A stretch of 41,457 bases of DNA from Chloroflexota bacterium (GTDB lineage: Bacteria > Chloroflexota > Limnocylindria > Limnocylindrales > CSP1-4), in the NCBI GenBank assembly GCA_046732155.1, contig JBKPMM010000005.1, positions 1 through 41,457 on the forward strand, given 5' to 3'. The notes under the pieces were generated by a model, which did not search any database, had not been told where the DNA came from, and worked only from the letters and a program-made list of their open reading frames with translations. The translations under genes and the position numbers were made by a program. This document shows, piece by piece, positions 1 through 8,754 of the stretch (position 1 is the stretch's first letter; each line of letters opens with the position of its first letter).

Positions 1-751
1 CGCCGAGCGCCGCGTGATCCACGGCACTCCCGAACTGGGTCCCGACCGCGTCGACCACGACATCGGCGCCATACGGGAGCAGCGCGCGTCGGCGCTCGTC
101 GAGCTCCGCCGGGGTGACGACATGGTCGGCCCCGACGGCCGTCGCGACCGCGGCGCGATCCGGCTGCGGCTCGACGACGATGACCGGTCCCGCCCCCGCG
201 GCCTTGAACATCGCCAGGAACAGACAGCCGATCGCGCCCGCTCCGAAGATCACCGCGGACTCGCCGGGCCGTGGATTCGCCTTGTTCACGCCGTTCACGA
301 CGCAGGCGAGCGGTTCGATCAACGCCGCGATGCGGGCCGTCGGCGCGTCCGACACCGGGAACACGGCGTGGGCGGGCGCCTTGACCTTCGCGGCCAGCGC
401 GCCGTCTCGGAAGATGCCCAGGGCACGGACGTTCTCGCAGCTCGCCGGGCGGCCGGCACGACACGGGCCGCAGACGCCGCATTTCGGGTCAGGATCGACG
501 GTCACCCGCTGGCCGGCGCTCATCCCGCCGACGTTCGCGCCGACCGCGCTGACCCGCCCGATGAACTCATGACCCATGACGACGCCCGCGTCCGCCGGGT
601 GACCGGGCGGCACGCTGAGGATCTGCAGGTCCGTCCCGCAGACACCGCACGCCTCGACGTCGATGATGACATCGTCGTCGGCATCGACCCTTGGTTCGGG
701 GACGTCCTCCAGCTCGACGACCCCGGCGCCCTTGAACACCGCGGCGCGCAT
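1..751 (-). CDS. Zn-dependent alcohol dehydrogenase family protein (MDR; threonine/sorbitol dehydrogenase-like), 3' end cut by window edge
   Basis: Absent from the ORF track because there is no stop in the window. Hand translation of the minus strand from ATG 751-749 gives MRAAVFKGAGVVELEDVPEPRV...EACGVCGTDLQIL...GHEFIGRV...DPKCGVCGPCRAGRPASCEN...GAGAIGCLF. This shows the catalytic-Zn GHE motif, the structural-Zn Cys cluster and a GxGxxG Rossmann motif. Confidence 0.8.
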   Translation of the reverse strand, partial: MRAAVFKGAGVVELEDVPEPRVDADDDVIIDVEACGVCGTDLQILSVPPGHPADAGVVMGHEFIGRVSAVGANVGGMSAGQRVTVDPDPKCGVCGPCRAGRPASCENVRALGIFRDGALAAKVKAPAHAVFPVSDAPTARIAALIEPLACVVNGVNKANPRPGESAVIFGAGAIGCLFLAMFKAAGAGPVIVVEPQPDRAAVATAVGADHVVTPAELDERRRALLPYGADVVVDAVGTQFGSAVDHAALG

Positions 752-761
752 CAGCGGGCGG

Positions 762-1640
762 TCATACGGTGGGAGTGGTGCCGCGGCGGCGGCCCGGCAG
801 CCGTCGCCGACCACGACCGAGCACGACCGAGGCGATCCCGAAGATCAGCAGCGTCGCTACGAGCATCACGGTGGCGACGGCGTTCACCTCGGGCGTCACC
901 CCGAACTTGACTTTCGTGTAGATGTAGGTCGGCAGCGTCGGCTGGTTGCCGACCGTGAACCAGGTGATGACGAACTCGTCGATCGAGAGCGTGATGCAGA
1001 TCAGCGCGCCGGCCAGGATCGCCGGCGCGATGAGGGGCAGCACGACGTGGCGGAGCGTCCGACGTGGTGAAGCGCCGAGATCGGCGGCGGCCCACTCGAG
1101 CTTTCGATCGAAGCTCTGCAGTCGCGACGCGACGATCAGCACGACGAACGGGACGGTCACGACGAGCTGACCGGCGATGACCGTGATCAGCGACAGGTTC
1201 GCGTGGACCGCGCGCGAGAAGAAGATCAGCAATGAGATGCCGATCAGCACGCCTGGGACCATGATCGGCATCGTGAACGCGATCCTCACGCCGTTCGGAT
1301 AGCGCAGCCGACCCCGCACGAGCACGAAGGCCGCCATCGTCCCGATGATCGTGGCGAGGACGGAGACGATCAGCGACACGGTGATGGTGTTCCCGACAGC
1401 CGTCAGCAGCTGCCGGTTGTTGATCATGACGTCGTACCAGTGCAGCGTCGGGCCCTGGATGGGGAAGCTCGGCGTCTGCGACGCATCGAACGAGAACGCC
1501 ACCATGAACACGATCGGGAGGTACAGGAACAGCACGAGGAACGCGAAGATCAGCCGCAGCGCCCAGCGGGTCAGCCCCGCGTATCGGCTGACGGGCATCG
1601 TCTCCAACGGATCGACGCTCCTAGCCACGGGCGTACACAT
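762..1640 (-). CDS. ABC transporter permease (PotC-type)
   Basis: 292-aa ORF with multiple hydrophobic TM segments and the EAA-type permease loop EWAAADLGASPRRTLRHVVLP. It overlaps the upstream permease stop; the start may be the internal MPVSRY. Confidence 0.85.
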   Translation of the reverse strand: MCTPVARSVDPLETMPVSRYAGLTRWALRLIFAFLVLFLYLPIVFMVAFSFDASQTPSFPIQGPTLHWYDVMINNRQLLTAVGNTITVSLIVSVLATIIGTMAAFVLVRGRLRYPNGVRIAFTMPIMVPGVLIGISLLIFFSRAVHANLSLITVIAGQLVVTVPFVVLIVASRLQSFDRKLEWAAADLGASPRRTLRHVVLPLIAPAILAGALICITLSIDEFVITWFTVGNQPTLPTYIYTKVKFGVTPEVNAVATVMLVATLLIFGIASVVLGRGRRRLPGRRRGTTPTV

Positions 1641-2538
1641 CCTCGACCCGCAGGTACTTGCGGAAGACCACCAGAAGCACGGTCACGAACGCCACGATCA
1701 ACAGCCCCAGCGCCGCGCCCTGGGGCACGAGCGCGTTCTTGAAGAAGGTCTGGATGAGGTTCGCGATCAGCAACCCTGACGCGCCACCGACCATCGACGG
1801 GGTCAGGAACTCGCCGAGGATCGGGATGAAGACGAAGATCGCCGCGGTGATGAGTCCAGGCCGGATCTGCGGCAACAGGATGTAGCGGAACGCTCGTGAC
1901 GGACTCGCGCCGAGGTCCTGCGCCGCGGTCAGCTGCGTGTAGTCGAACCGCTCGAGCGATGCGTACAGCACCAGGACCGCGAACGGTAGGTAGACGTAGG
2001 TCAGGACGATGAACGTGCCGATGTCGTTGTAGACGAATAGCAGCGATGGTTCCTTGATGAGCCCGAGACCCATCAGCACCTGATTGAGCGCTCCCTTCTC
2101 ACCGAGGATCGCCTGCCACGAGTAGACGCGGAGCAGATAGCTCGACCAGAACGGGACGATGATGATCAGCAGGGCCAGGCGCGCCCAGCGACGCGACACG
2201 TAACGCGCGAGGAAGTACGCCACGGCCAACGAGAACAGAAGGCAGATCGTCGTCACCGCAGCACCCATGACCACGGTCTTGCCCAGCGTGCGGACATACG
2301 CACCGGTCTCGAAGAACTGCGCGTAGTTGTCGAGGTTCCAGACCGGGACGATGTCGAGGTTCGCGTTCGTCGTCCATAACGAGAAGATGAACATGACCCC
2401 GAGGGGTACGAAGAACAGGATCCCGAGCAGCAGCGCTGCCGGGAGGAAGGGGGCGAGCTCCCGCAGCCGCGCGGAGCGACTGCGGGAGACGACGGTCACT
2501 GAGGTCGGTTCGACCCCGGTGACCACTTCGGCGGTCAT
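1621..2538 (-). CDS. ABC transporter permease (PotB-type)
   Basis: 305-aa polytopic ORF with the EAA loop LTAAQDLGASPSRAFRYILLPQIRPG. It is adjacent to the SBP and ATPase genes. Confidence 0.85.
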   Translation of the reverse strand: MTAEVVTGVEPTSVTVVSRSRSARLRELAPFLPAALLLGILFFVPLGVMFIFSLWTTNANLDIVPVWNLDNYAQFFETGAYVRTLGKTVVMGAAVTTICLLFSLAVAYFLARYVSRRWARLALLIIIVPFWSSYLLRVYSWQAILGEKGALNQVLMGLGLIKEPSLLFVYNDIGTFIVLTYVYLPFAVLVLYASLERFDYTQLTAAQDLGASPSRAFRYILLPQIRPGLITAAIFVFIPILGEFLTPSMVGGASGLLIANLIQTFFKNALVPQGAALGLLIVAFVTVLLVVFRKYLRVEDVYARG

Positions 2539-2547
2539 GTCAGACGA

Positions 2548-3672
2548 TCAGCCTGCGCTGAAGACCTCGTTGAAGAGCTGGATGGATTTGTCGGTCGAGG
2601 TCCCGGGGCCCTTGAGGACCATGGTCGGCAGCACCTCGGGCGCCTTGCTATAGAGATAGCGGTCCGCCTGGTCCTGCTTCCCCTGATCGGTCAGGATCTT
2701 GTAGGCCTTCTCGTTGAACAGCGGCCGTCCGTTCGCGAGGAAGTTCTCGGCGATGAGCTCGGCCTGCTGTGACTGCTCGAGGAATGGCTTGATGAGCGCC
2801 TTGTTGGCGCCCTCCTTCACGATCATCTCGCCGTCATGCCAGCCGACGGTGCCCTCACTCGGGACATAGCCCTTGATCTCTGGTCCGCCACCATCCTTGA
2901 CCCGGTCCTCGTTGCCGAGGTTGCCGGTGATCAGCCAGGCTTCCCCGCTGACCATGGCCGCGACGCTGTCGGTCGCCTGCTGGGCGAACTTGAGGATGTT
3001 CGGCTTGAGCTTCTCCAGATAGCCCTTGACGGTCGTGAGCTGGTCGTCGGTCAGGTCGTACGGCTTGTCGAAGCCGGCCGCACGGGCCATGTAGGCGACG
3101 ATCTCCTCCGGCTGGTTCTCGACGACGACGCGGCCCTTGTACTTGGGATCGAGCAGGACCTGCCAGTCGGTCGGGTTGCCGCTGACCTTCGCCGGGTCGT
3201 AATAGATCATGATCGGCGACCACCCGAACGGGTACGCCATGTAGCCCTCTGAGCTCTGCCAGTAGGGGAACTCGCGGGCGAACGAGTAGAGCTGTGTGGA
3301 GACCTTCAGCTCGTTGATGTCGAACGGCTCGATGAGCCCATCCTTGGCGTAGGCGTTCGGTACCCACATCGCGTCGCCCGAGATCTTGTCGAGCTGTCCC
3401 TTGACCTCCTTGAGCTTCGCGTAGCCCTCGGCGTTCCCGGCGAGCTCGGAGATCGAGGTATTGATATTGGTGTCCTTGGCGATCTTGTCCAGCTGGGACT
3501 GGATGTAGTGGTCGCTCCAGGTCATCCAGTTGAACGTCCCGGTCGTCGCGGCACCACCGCCACCGATCACGTTGCATGCCTGGAGCACGCCACCGAGCGC
3601 GGCGGTCGCACCGACGGCACCCGTCAATTGCAGGAATCTCCGACGTGAGTGGGTCTGGTCAAGCACCGTCAT
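2548..3672 (-). CDS. Extracellular solute-binding protein, PotD/PotF (spermidine/putrescine-type) family, Tat signal and probable lipobox
   Basis: The N-terminus SRRRFLQLTGAVGATAALGGVLQAC carries a twin-arginine motif and a Cys after the h-region. The rest resembles the family-1 PotD-like SBP fold. There is a 4-nt start/stop overlap with the ATPase gene. Confidence 0.8.
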   Translation of the reverse strand: MTVLDQTHSRRRFLQLTGAVGATAALGGVLQACNVIGGGGAATTGTFNWMTWSDHYIQSQLDKIAKDTNINTSISELAGNAEGYAKLKEVKGQLDKISGDAMWVPNAYAKDGLIEPFDINELKVSTQLYSFAREFPYWQSSEGYMAYPFGWSPIMIYYDPAKVSGNPTDWQVLLDPKYKGRVVVENQPEEIVAYMARAAGFDKPYDLTDDQLTTVKGYLEKLKPNILKFAQQATDSVAAMVSGEAWLITGNLGNEDRVKDGGGPEIKGYVPSEGTVGWHDGEMIVKEGANKALIKPFLEQSQQAELIAENFLANGRPLFNEKAYKILTDQGKQDQADRYLYSKAPEVLPTMVLKGPGTSTDKSIQLFNEVFSAG

Positions 3673-4820
3673 ACGGTTTCTCCTCCTCCACCATCTGCCC
3701 CTGCTTGGGTCTGCGGCTCGTCACCGGCGGCGACGACCGACGATTCGCGTGGATCCCACCAAACGTGCACTTCCTGATCGACCATCCCCTCCTCGACTGC
3801 CCCTTCGTCCGACTCGCGAAACTGGATGGCGACGAGAGTCCCGGCGTCGGTCTGGACCGTGATCCTCGTGTGGGTTCCCATAAAGGCGACATTGCTGGTG
3901 CGACCCTTGACGACGGCCGCGGGTCGTCCGCCGTTCGGTGGCGTCGACCCGATCGAGACCGATTCGGGGCGGACCATGAGCTTGACTGGTCCGTTCGGCG
4001 GGGTCGATGGCACGCGGGCCGGCAGGATCGTCCCGTTCGACAGCCGGAAGGCCGGGGCGCCGCCGCCGTTCGTCACCGTCCCATCGAGGAAATTCGATTC
4101 GCCGATGAAGTCCGCGACGAACCGGTCGACCGGGCGCAGGTAGATCTCGCGCGGCGGACCGATCTGGCGGACGTGCCCGCCCGACATGACGGCGATGCGC
4201 GTCGCCATCGACAGCGCTTCCTCCTGGTCGTGGGTCACGAACACGAAGGTCGTGCCGACCTGGCGGTGGATGCGCGCGAGCTCGACCTGCATCTGCTTGC
4301 GCAGCTTGAGATCGAGTGCGCCGAGCGGTTCGTCGAGCAGCAGCACGGCGGGACGCTTCGCCAGCGCGCGGGCCAGCGCGACCCGCTGCGCCTGACCGCC
4401 GGACATCTGGGTGGGGTAGCGGTCGTGATAGGTGCCCAGCCCGACGAGGTCGAGGTACTCGTCGACGCGACCCGCGATCTCGCGCGCGTCTAGCCCCTCC
4501 ATCCGGAGCCCGAAGGCGACGTTCTCGGCGACGGTCATGTGCGGGAACAGCGCGTAATTCTGGAAGACGGTGTTGACGTTCCGCTGGTGGGGCGCCAGGT
4601 CGTTGACGACGCGGCCTTCGATGCGGAGCTCGCCAGACGTGAGCGGGATGAACCCGCCGATCAGATTGAGGGTCGTCGTCTTGCCGCAACCCGACGGGCC
4701 GAGCAGACAGAAGAACTCGCCCGAATCGATGCGCAGATCGATCCCGTCGAGAGCGATGGCGTCGCCGTATCGCTTCGTGACGTTGACGAGCTCGATCGCG
4801 GGAGCGGTGGTGTCCGTCAT
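3669..4820 (-). CDS. ABC transporter ATP-binding protein (PotA-type, with C-terminal TOBE-like regulatory domain)
   Basis: Walker A GPSGCGKTT, signature MSGGQAQRVALARAL, Walker B LLLDEP and an H-loop THDQ. The roughly 130-aa C-terminal extension is typical of PotA/MalK-like ATPases. Confidence 0.9.
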   Translation of the reverse strand: MTDTTAPAIELVNVTKRYGDAIALDGIDLRIDSGEFFCLLGPSGCGKTTTLNLIGGFIPLTSGELRIEGRVVNDLAPHQRNVNTVFQNYALFPHMTVAENVAFGLRMEGLDAREIAGRVDEYLDLVGLGTYHDRYPTQMSGGQAQRVALARALAKRPAVLLLDEPLGALDLKLRKQMQVELARIHRQVGTTFVFVTHDQEEALSMATRIAVMSGGHVRQIGPPREIYLRPVDRFVADFIGESNFLDGTVTNGGGAPAFRLSNGTILPARVPSTPPNGPVKLMVRPESVSIGSTPPNGGRPAAVVKGRTSNVAFMGTHTRITVQTDAGTLVAIQFRESDEGAVEEGMVDQEVHVWWDPRESSVVAAGDEPQTQAGADGGGGETV

Positions 4821-5914
4821 CGAGGGCTCGTCCCTGGCCCGGTCACCGCGGCGGTCCGGTGGCGCTCGCGCCGAGCGGCCGCGGTCGACCGCGCGATCGG
4901 CGGTGTGCTCTCACCGACGATCAATTCGACAGGCACGACCTCTGATGTGGCCGGGCTGCCGTCCCTGATCGAGGCGAGGAGCATCTCGACAGTACGGCGT
5001 CCGAGCTCGACCGAGGGCACGTCGACGGTCGTCAGGCGCGGTCGCGACTGTCGGGCCGCCGGGATCCCATCGAAGCCCACGAGCGCGAGGTCGCGTGGGA
5101 CATCAAGCCGAGTCGCGCGGAGCGCGTCGAGCACGCTCAAGGCGAGCTTGTCGTCATAGCAGATCACCGCCTCGGGTGGATCCGCGGCGAGGAGTTCCGC
5201 GACGTCGCTCGCATCGCGCCAGCCGTTCACGCCGCAGTCGATGGAGCGTATAGGACCCAGGTGGTGGCGGTCGAGTACCTCGCTGGCCGTGGCCCGCCGC
5301 AGCGCGTCCGCGGACCCGGTCCCCGGGCCGACGTAGGTGACGCGTCGATAGCCGCGCTCGACGATGTGCTCGACGGCCGCGGCGAAACCGCCCGTATCGT
5401 CACTGCGAAGCACGCCGCGCGCCGGCGGGTCGGCGCCGTCCGCGAGGGCCGGGTAATCAGGCTGGACGAAGACGACACGGTCCCTCGGCAGGCGTCGGAA
5501 CACGTCCGCGGGGTCGCTGACGCACGAGGCGAGCGCGACGCCATCGGCCCGGTGTTCGGCGAGGACGGTCAGGGCTCGTTCTTCGCGCTCCTGATCGTGG
5601 AGCCCGGTCATCATGAAGACCGCGAATCCGTGACTAGCTGCGGCTTCCTCGAAGCCGGCGGCGACCTTGCCATGGACGGGGTCTGCGAGGTCATCGAGGA
5701 GCAGACCGAGGATGTGCGTCCGACGCGCGCGCAGGCTTCGGGCTGCCGCGTTGGGCACGTAGCCGAGCTTTTGGGCAGCGGCGCGGACCGCCGCGCGCGT
5801 CGTCTCGCCGATGCGTGGGTCGTCCTTGAGGGCTCGAGAAGCGGTCGCTTCGGACGTGCCCGCGAGGCGGGCGACGTCGGCAAGGACGACCCGACGTTCC
5901 GGCGCGCGGCGCAT
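4817..5914 (-). CDS. LacI family transcriptional regulator
   Basis: N-terminal HTH VVLADVARLAGTSEATASRALKD...TRAAVRAAAQKLGYVPNAAARSL, followed by a periplasmic-binding-protein-like effector domain. Its stop overlaps the ATPase start (ATGA). Confidence 0.9.
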   Translation of the reverse strand: MRRAPERRVVLADVARLAGTSEATASRALKDDPRIGETTRAAVRAAAQKLGYVPNAAARSLRARRTHILGLLLDDLADPVHGKVAAGFEEAAASHGFAVFMMTGLHDQEREERALTVLAEHRADGVALASCVSDPADVFRRLPRDRVVFVQPDYPALADGADPPARGVLRSDDTGGFAAAVEHIVERGYRRVTYVGPGTGSADALRRATASEVLDRHHLGPIRSIDCGVNGWRDASDVAELLAADPPEAVICYDDKLALSVLDALRATRLDVPRDLALVGFDGIPAARQSRPRLTTVDVPSVELGRRTVEMLLASIRDGSPATSEVVPVELIVGESTPPIARSTAAARRERHRTAAVTGPGTSPR

Positions 5915-6044
5915 CAGGGTCGGCTCAGGTCCGAGGTCCCAGGGGGGTCACGGTCGCGCCCATGGCGATCGGTGACGGGCCGCTGGCAGGCGTCCCCACA
6001 TCCAACTGAGCGATGCCCCTCCACGGCGCTGCATCCAGTCGCTT

Positions 6045-6060
6045 GTGCAATCGGTTGCGC
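6045..6060. promoter_or_regulatory. LacI/GalR-type operator candidate GTGCAATCGGTTGCGC
   Basis: Imperfect palindrome with a central CG, in the divergent region between the lacI-family gene and the 865-aa gene. It overlaps a possible -35/spacer upstream of TAGCAT (6067-6072). A near-identical copy lies at 16234-16249. Confidence 0.5.
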
Positions 6061-6155
6061 GGACGCTAGCATACCGATAACGGAGGGTCAACGAACGTGT
6101 CGGCGGAGGATGAGACGGTCCCTGTGGCGCGACGACCCGACGGCCCGCGGAACGC

Positions 6156-8753
6156 GTGACGACCCCCCACGCGACCGCGCTTGCGACGCCCGTCGACCTC
6201 GGATCGGCGGCGCGCGCGAGCACCGACGGCCTCGCTGAGTCCCTCCATCCCGCGTACCGCGAGGCGGTGTACCGACTGCCCGCGGGTCCCACGGTCCTGC
6301 GCGGACTGCCATTCGCGTTCGCCGCGGCGGATGCCTCGTCGCGCTGGCTGTTCCTCGACGGTCCCGCCGAGATCGATCTCCGCGAGGCGGGTCGGGACGG
6401 CGTCTCGCACTTGGTGTTCGCACATTTCTCGGATGCGTGGCGTGACGCCATCTCCGGGCGCCCTGCCGACCTACCGATCGGCTGGGTCACGCCGGTCGGG
6501 CAGCCGCTGGCGCGGTACACGGTGGAAGGCCCCGGCGGCACGGTCGTCGAACGTGTGATACGTCGGCGGTTCGAGGTCAACGACGGGATCATCGGCTGGG
6601 GCCAGGGCGCGTTCGCCGCCGTCGCGCATCCGGTCGACCAGCCGCTCGACTGGCGCGGGCCGCATCCCGTTCCGCCACCCGGCGGGTACGCCGCACCGGG
6701 TGAGGCCGGTCTGCTCGGCATCCTGCCCGGGAGTTGGGGCCCTGACCAGACCGGTGTCGCGGACTCCGTCCCGAACCCGACCGGTGATATCGCCTTCTGG
6801 CTGTTCGCGCTGGAGATCCCCCCGAACGCCGGGCCGCTCGAACGGCTGCGGATGGAGCCGCTCGCGTCGATCGAGGAAGGTGCCGGCGTGGTCATCGGAG
6901 CCGTGACGGCCTTCAGAGGAACCGCATCGCCGCTCGCGATCCAGCCGCGCCGGACCCTCCGTTTCGAGAGCGCAGATGGCGACGAGATCGAGGTGGACGT
7001 CGACCTCGGTCAGGTCTTCCGCCGTCGGTCCGCGCCCGGATCGGCCGACGACGGTCGCGGCGACGGGGCTGCGGACGGGATCCTCGGCTGGGGGACGCCA
7101 CGCGAGGAAGGTGGTCGTGGCCGCGGCATCCTCGTCGATCTGGCCATGGCGCCTGACGCTACGCTCGCGATCGGATCGTCAGACCAGGTCGCGGCGGCGG
7201 AGTTGCCGGGCGAGGGGGAGTCTCGGACGAGCGGAAGCGTGACGATCGAGGCGCTCCCGACACCGACCCGCCGGATCGAGGTCGAGGTCGTGGATGGCGC
7301 GTCGGGTCGCCCGATGCCGGCTCGCGTCCGCTTCGTCGCGCCGGACGGTCGCTACCTGCCGCCCCTTGGGCACCGCGACGAGGTGAACCCCTGGCTGAAC
7401 GAGGATTCGGGCGCTGACGTCGTCCTCGGCCGCTCGACGTATGCCTATGTCCCCGGCCGCTTCCCGATCGCCTTGCCGACCGGGCCCGTCCGGATGGAGG
7501 TCGTGCACGGGTTCTCGCACCGACCCGTCCGGCGGACGATCGAAATCGGCGCCGGCAGCGCCCCGCTCGTCGTTCCGCTCGAGCGGGTGGACGCCGACGG
7601 GTGGACGGCGGTCGATGGCCATGTCCACTTCATCTCCCCGACGTCCGCGCTGCTCCAGGCCCGGGCGGAAGGCGTCGCGATCGTGAACCTGCTCGCCACG
7701 CAGTGGGGCGACCACCACACGAGCCTGAGCGACCTGCCGGCGAAGGTCGTCGCGGACACCGACGGCGAGCACCTCGTCGTGATGGGGAGCGAGAACCGCC
7801 AGAACATGCTCGGCCACATCGGCCTGCTCGGTGCATCCGATCCAGTGTTGCCGATGGCCAGTGCGGGCCCGCCCGAGGCCCGCATGGGCGACCCGCTCGA
7901 ATGGCTGATGCGCGACTGGGCCGACGCGTCCCGAACCCAGGACGGCCTCGCGGTCGCCGTCCACTTTCCGCTGCCATACGCCGAGATCGCCGCGGACATC
8001 GTGTGCGGAAGGATCGACGCGGTCGAGCTGCAGGCGCTGACCCCGGCTGTCGACGGCCCCTCGATCCGGGAGTGGTACCGGTTCCTGGCGTGTGGCTATC
8101 GCCTCCCAGTCGTCGGCGGGACCGACAAGATGTCGGCGGAGGTGCCGGTGGGTGCGATCCGGACTTACGCGCGACTCGACCCGGAGCAGCCGCTGTCGTT
8201 CGCGGCCTTCGCCGAAGCCGTGCGCGCGGGACGGACGTTCGTGTCGTCGGGAACCCTCATCGACATCGAGGTCGACGGACGCGGGCAAGGGAACGTCGTC
8301 CCGTTCGGTCCTGACGGCGGCACGGTGGAGGTCAAGGTGCGAGCGTGGGCGGCGCAGCCGTTCATCGACACGATCGAGCTCGTCCATGACGGCCGAGTGA
8401 TCGCGACGTCGGGCGGTGGCGGCGCGACCGAGCGCCTCGAGCTCTCGGAGCGCGTCGCGGTCAGCGCGAGTGGCTGGCTGGCCGCCCGAGCGACGAGCAG
8501 CGCGTTCATCCATTCGGCGTTCTCGACGAGCATGGGCGCTCACAGTTCGCCGGTCTATCTCGACGTCGCCGGGCGGCGTCCGTACTCAGCCGAGGACGCG
8601 CGGATGATCGCGACGATCATCGATGGCGCTCGGACATGGGTCGAGACGATCGCGGCGGTCCGCTCGTCCGACGAGCGGGCGCGCCTCGCCGAGTACTTCA
8701 CGTCGAGCCGAGCGACGCTGGACGAACTCGGTCGCGGCGGCGCACCCGCCTGA
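6156..8753 (+). CDS. Large two-part protein: unknown N-terminal about 400 aa, then a CarboxypepD_reg-like beta-sandwich plus CehA/McbA-type (PHP-like) metallohydrolase domain
   Basis: 865-aa ORF with strong GC3 bias throughout. The C-terminal half has RIEVEVVDGASGRPMPARVRFVAPDGRY (prealbumin-like module), then WTAVDGHVHFISPTS (metal-binding HxH) and later VHFP...GGTDK segments, as seen in CehA/McbA family hydrolases. I do not recognise the N-terminal half. GTG start is uncertain. Confidence 0.6.
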   Translation: MTTPHATALATPVDLGSAARASTDGLAESLHPAYREAVYRLPAGPTVLRGLPFAFAAADASSRWLFLDGPAEIDLREAGRDGVSHLVFAHFSDAWRDAISGRPADLPIGWVTPVGQPLARYTVEGPGGTVVERVIRRRFEVNDGIIGWGQGAFAAVAHPVDQPLDWRGPHPVPPPGGYAAPGEAGLLGILPGSWGPDQTGVADSVPNPTGDIAFWLFALEIPPNAGPLERLRMEPLASIEEGAGVVIGAVTAFRGTASPLAIQPRRTLRFESADGDEIEVDVDLGQVFRRRSAPGSADDGRGDGAADGILGWGTPREEGGRGRGILVDLAMAPDATLAIGSSDQVAAAELPGEGESRTSGSVTIEALPTPTRRIEVEVVDGASGRPMPARVRFVAPDGRYLPPLGHRDEVNPWLNEDSGADVVLGRSTYAYVPGRFPIALPTGPVRMEVVHGFSHRPVRRTIEIGAGSAPLVVPLERVDADGWTAVDGHVHFISPTSALLQARAEGVAIVNLLATQWGDHHTSLSDLPAKVVADTDGEHLVVMGSENRQNMLGHIGLLGASDPVLPMASAGPPEARMGDPLEWLMRDWADASRTQDGLAVAVHFPLPYAEIAADIVCGRIDAVELQALTPAVDGPSIREWYRFLACGYRLPVVGGTDKMSAEVPVGAIRTYARLDPEQPLSFAAFAEAVRAGRTFVSSGTLIDIEVDGRGQGNVVPFGPDGGTVEVKVRAWAAQPFIDTIELVHDGRVIATSGGGGATERLELSERVAVSASGWLAARATSSAFIHSAFSTSMGAHSSPVYLDVAGRRPYSAEDARMIATIIDGARTWVETIAAVRSSDERARLAEYFTSSRATLDELGRGGAPA

Positions 8754-8754
8754 T

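Noticed and set aside
14-910. 298-aa plus-strand ORF at the left edge
   Set aside because: The opposite strand encodes a convincing Zn-ADH (GHE motif, Cys4 cluster, GxGxxG). The plus-strand product has no motifs.
762-4820. Calling the transporter potABCD (spermidine/putrescine) outright
   Set aside because: Family membership is clear, but substrate specificity cannot be read from the sequence by eye. The LacI regulator and the cyclitol gene context argue against assigning pot gene symbols.
7179-8543. 454-aa minus-strand ORF inside the 865-aa gene; similar cases at 5948-6895, 9140-10537, 14459-15553, 24813-25991 and 29282-30616
   Set aside because: All are antisense or out of frame relative to ORFs with strong family motifs (IolD, SMP-30, FtsH and others). 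Their products are Arg-rich and low complexity. They were judged to be GC artefacts.
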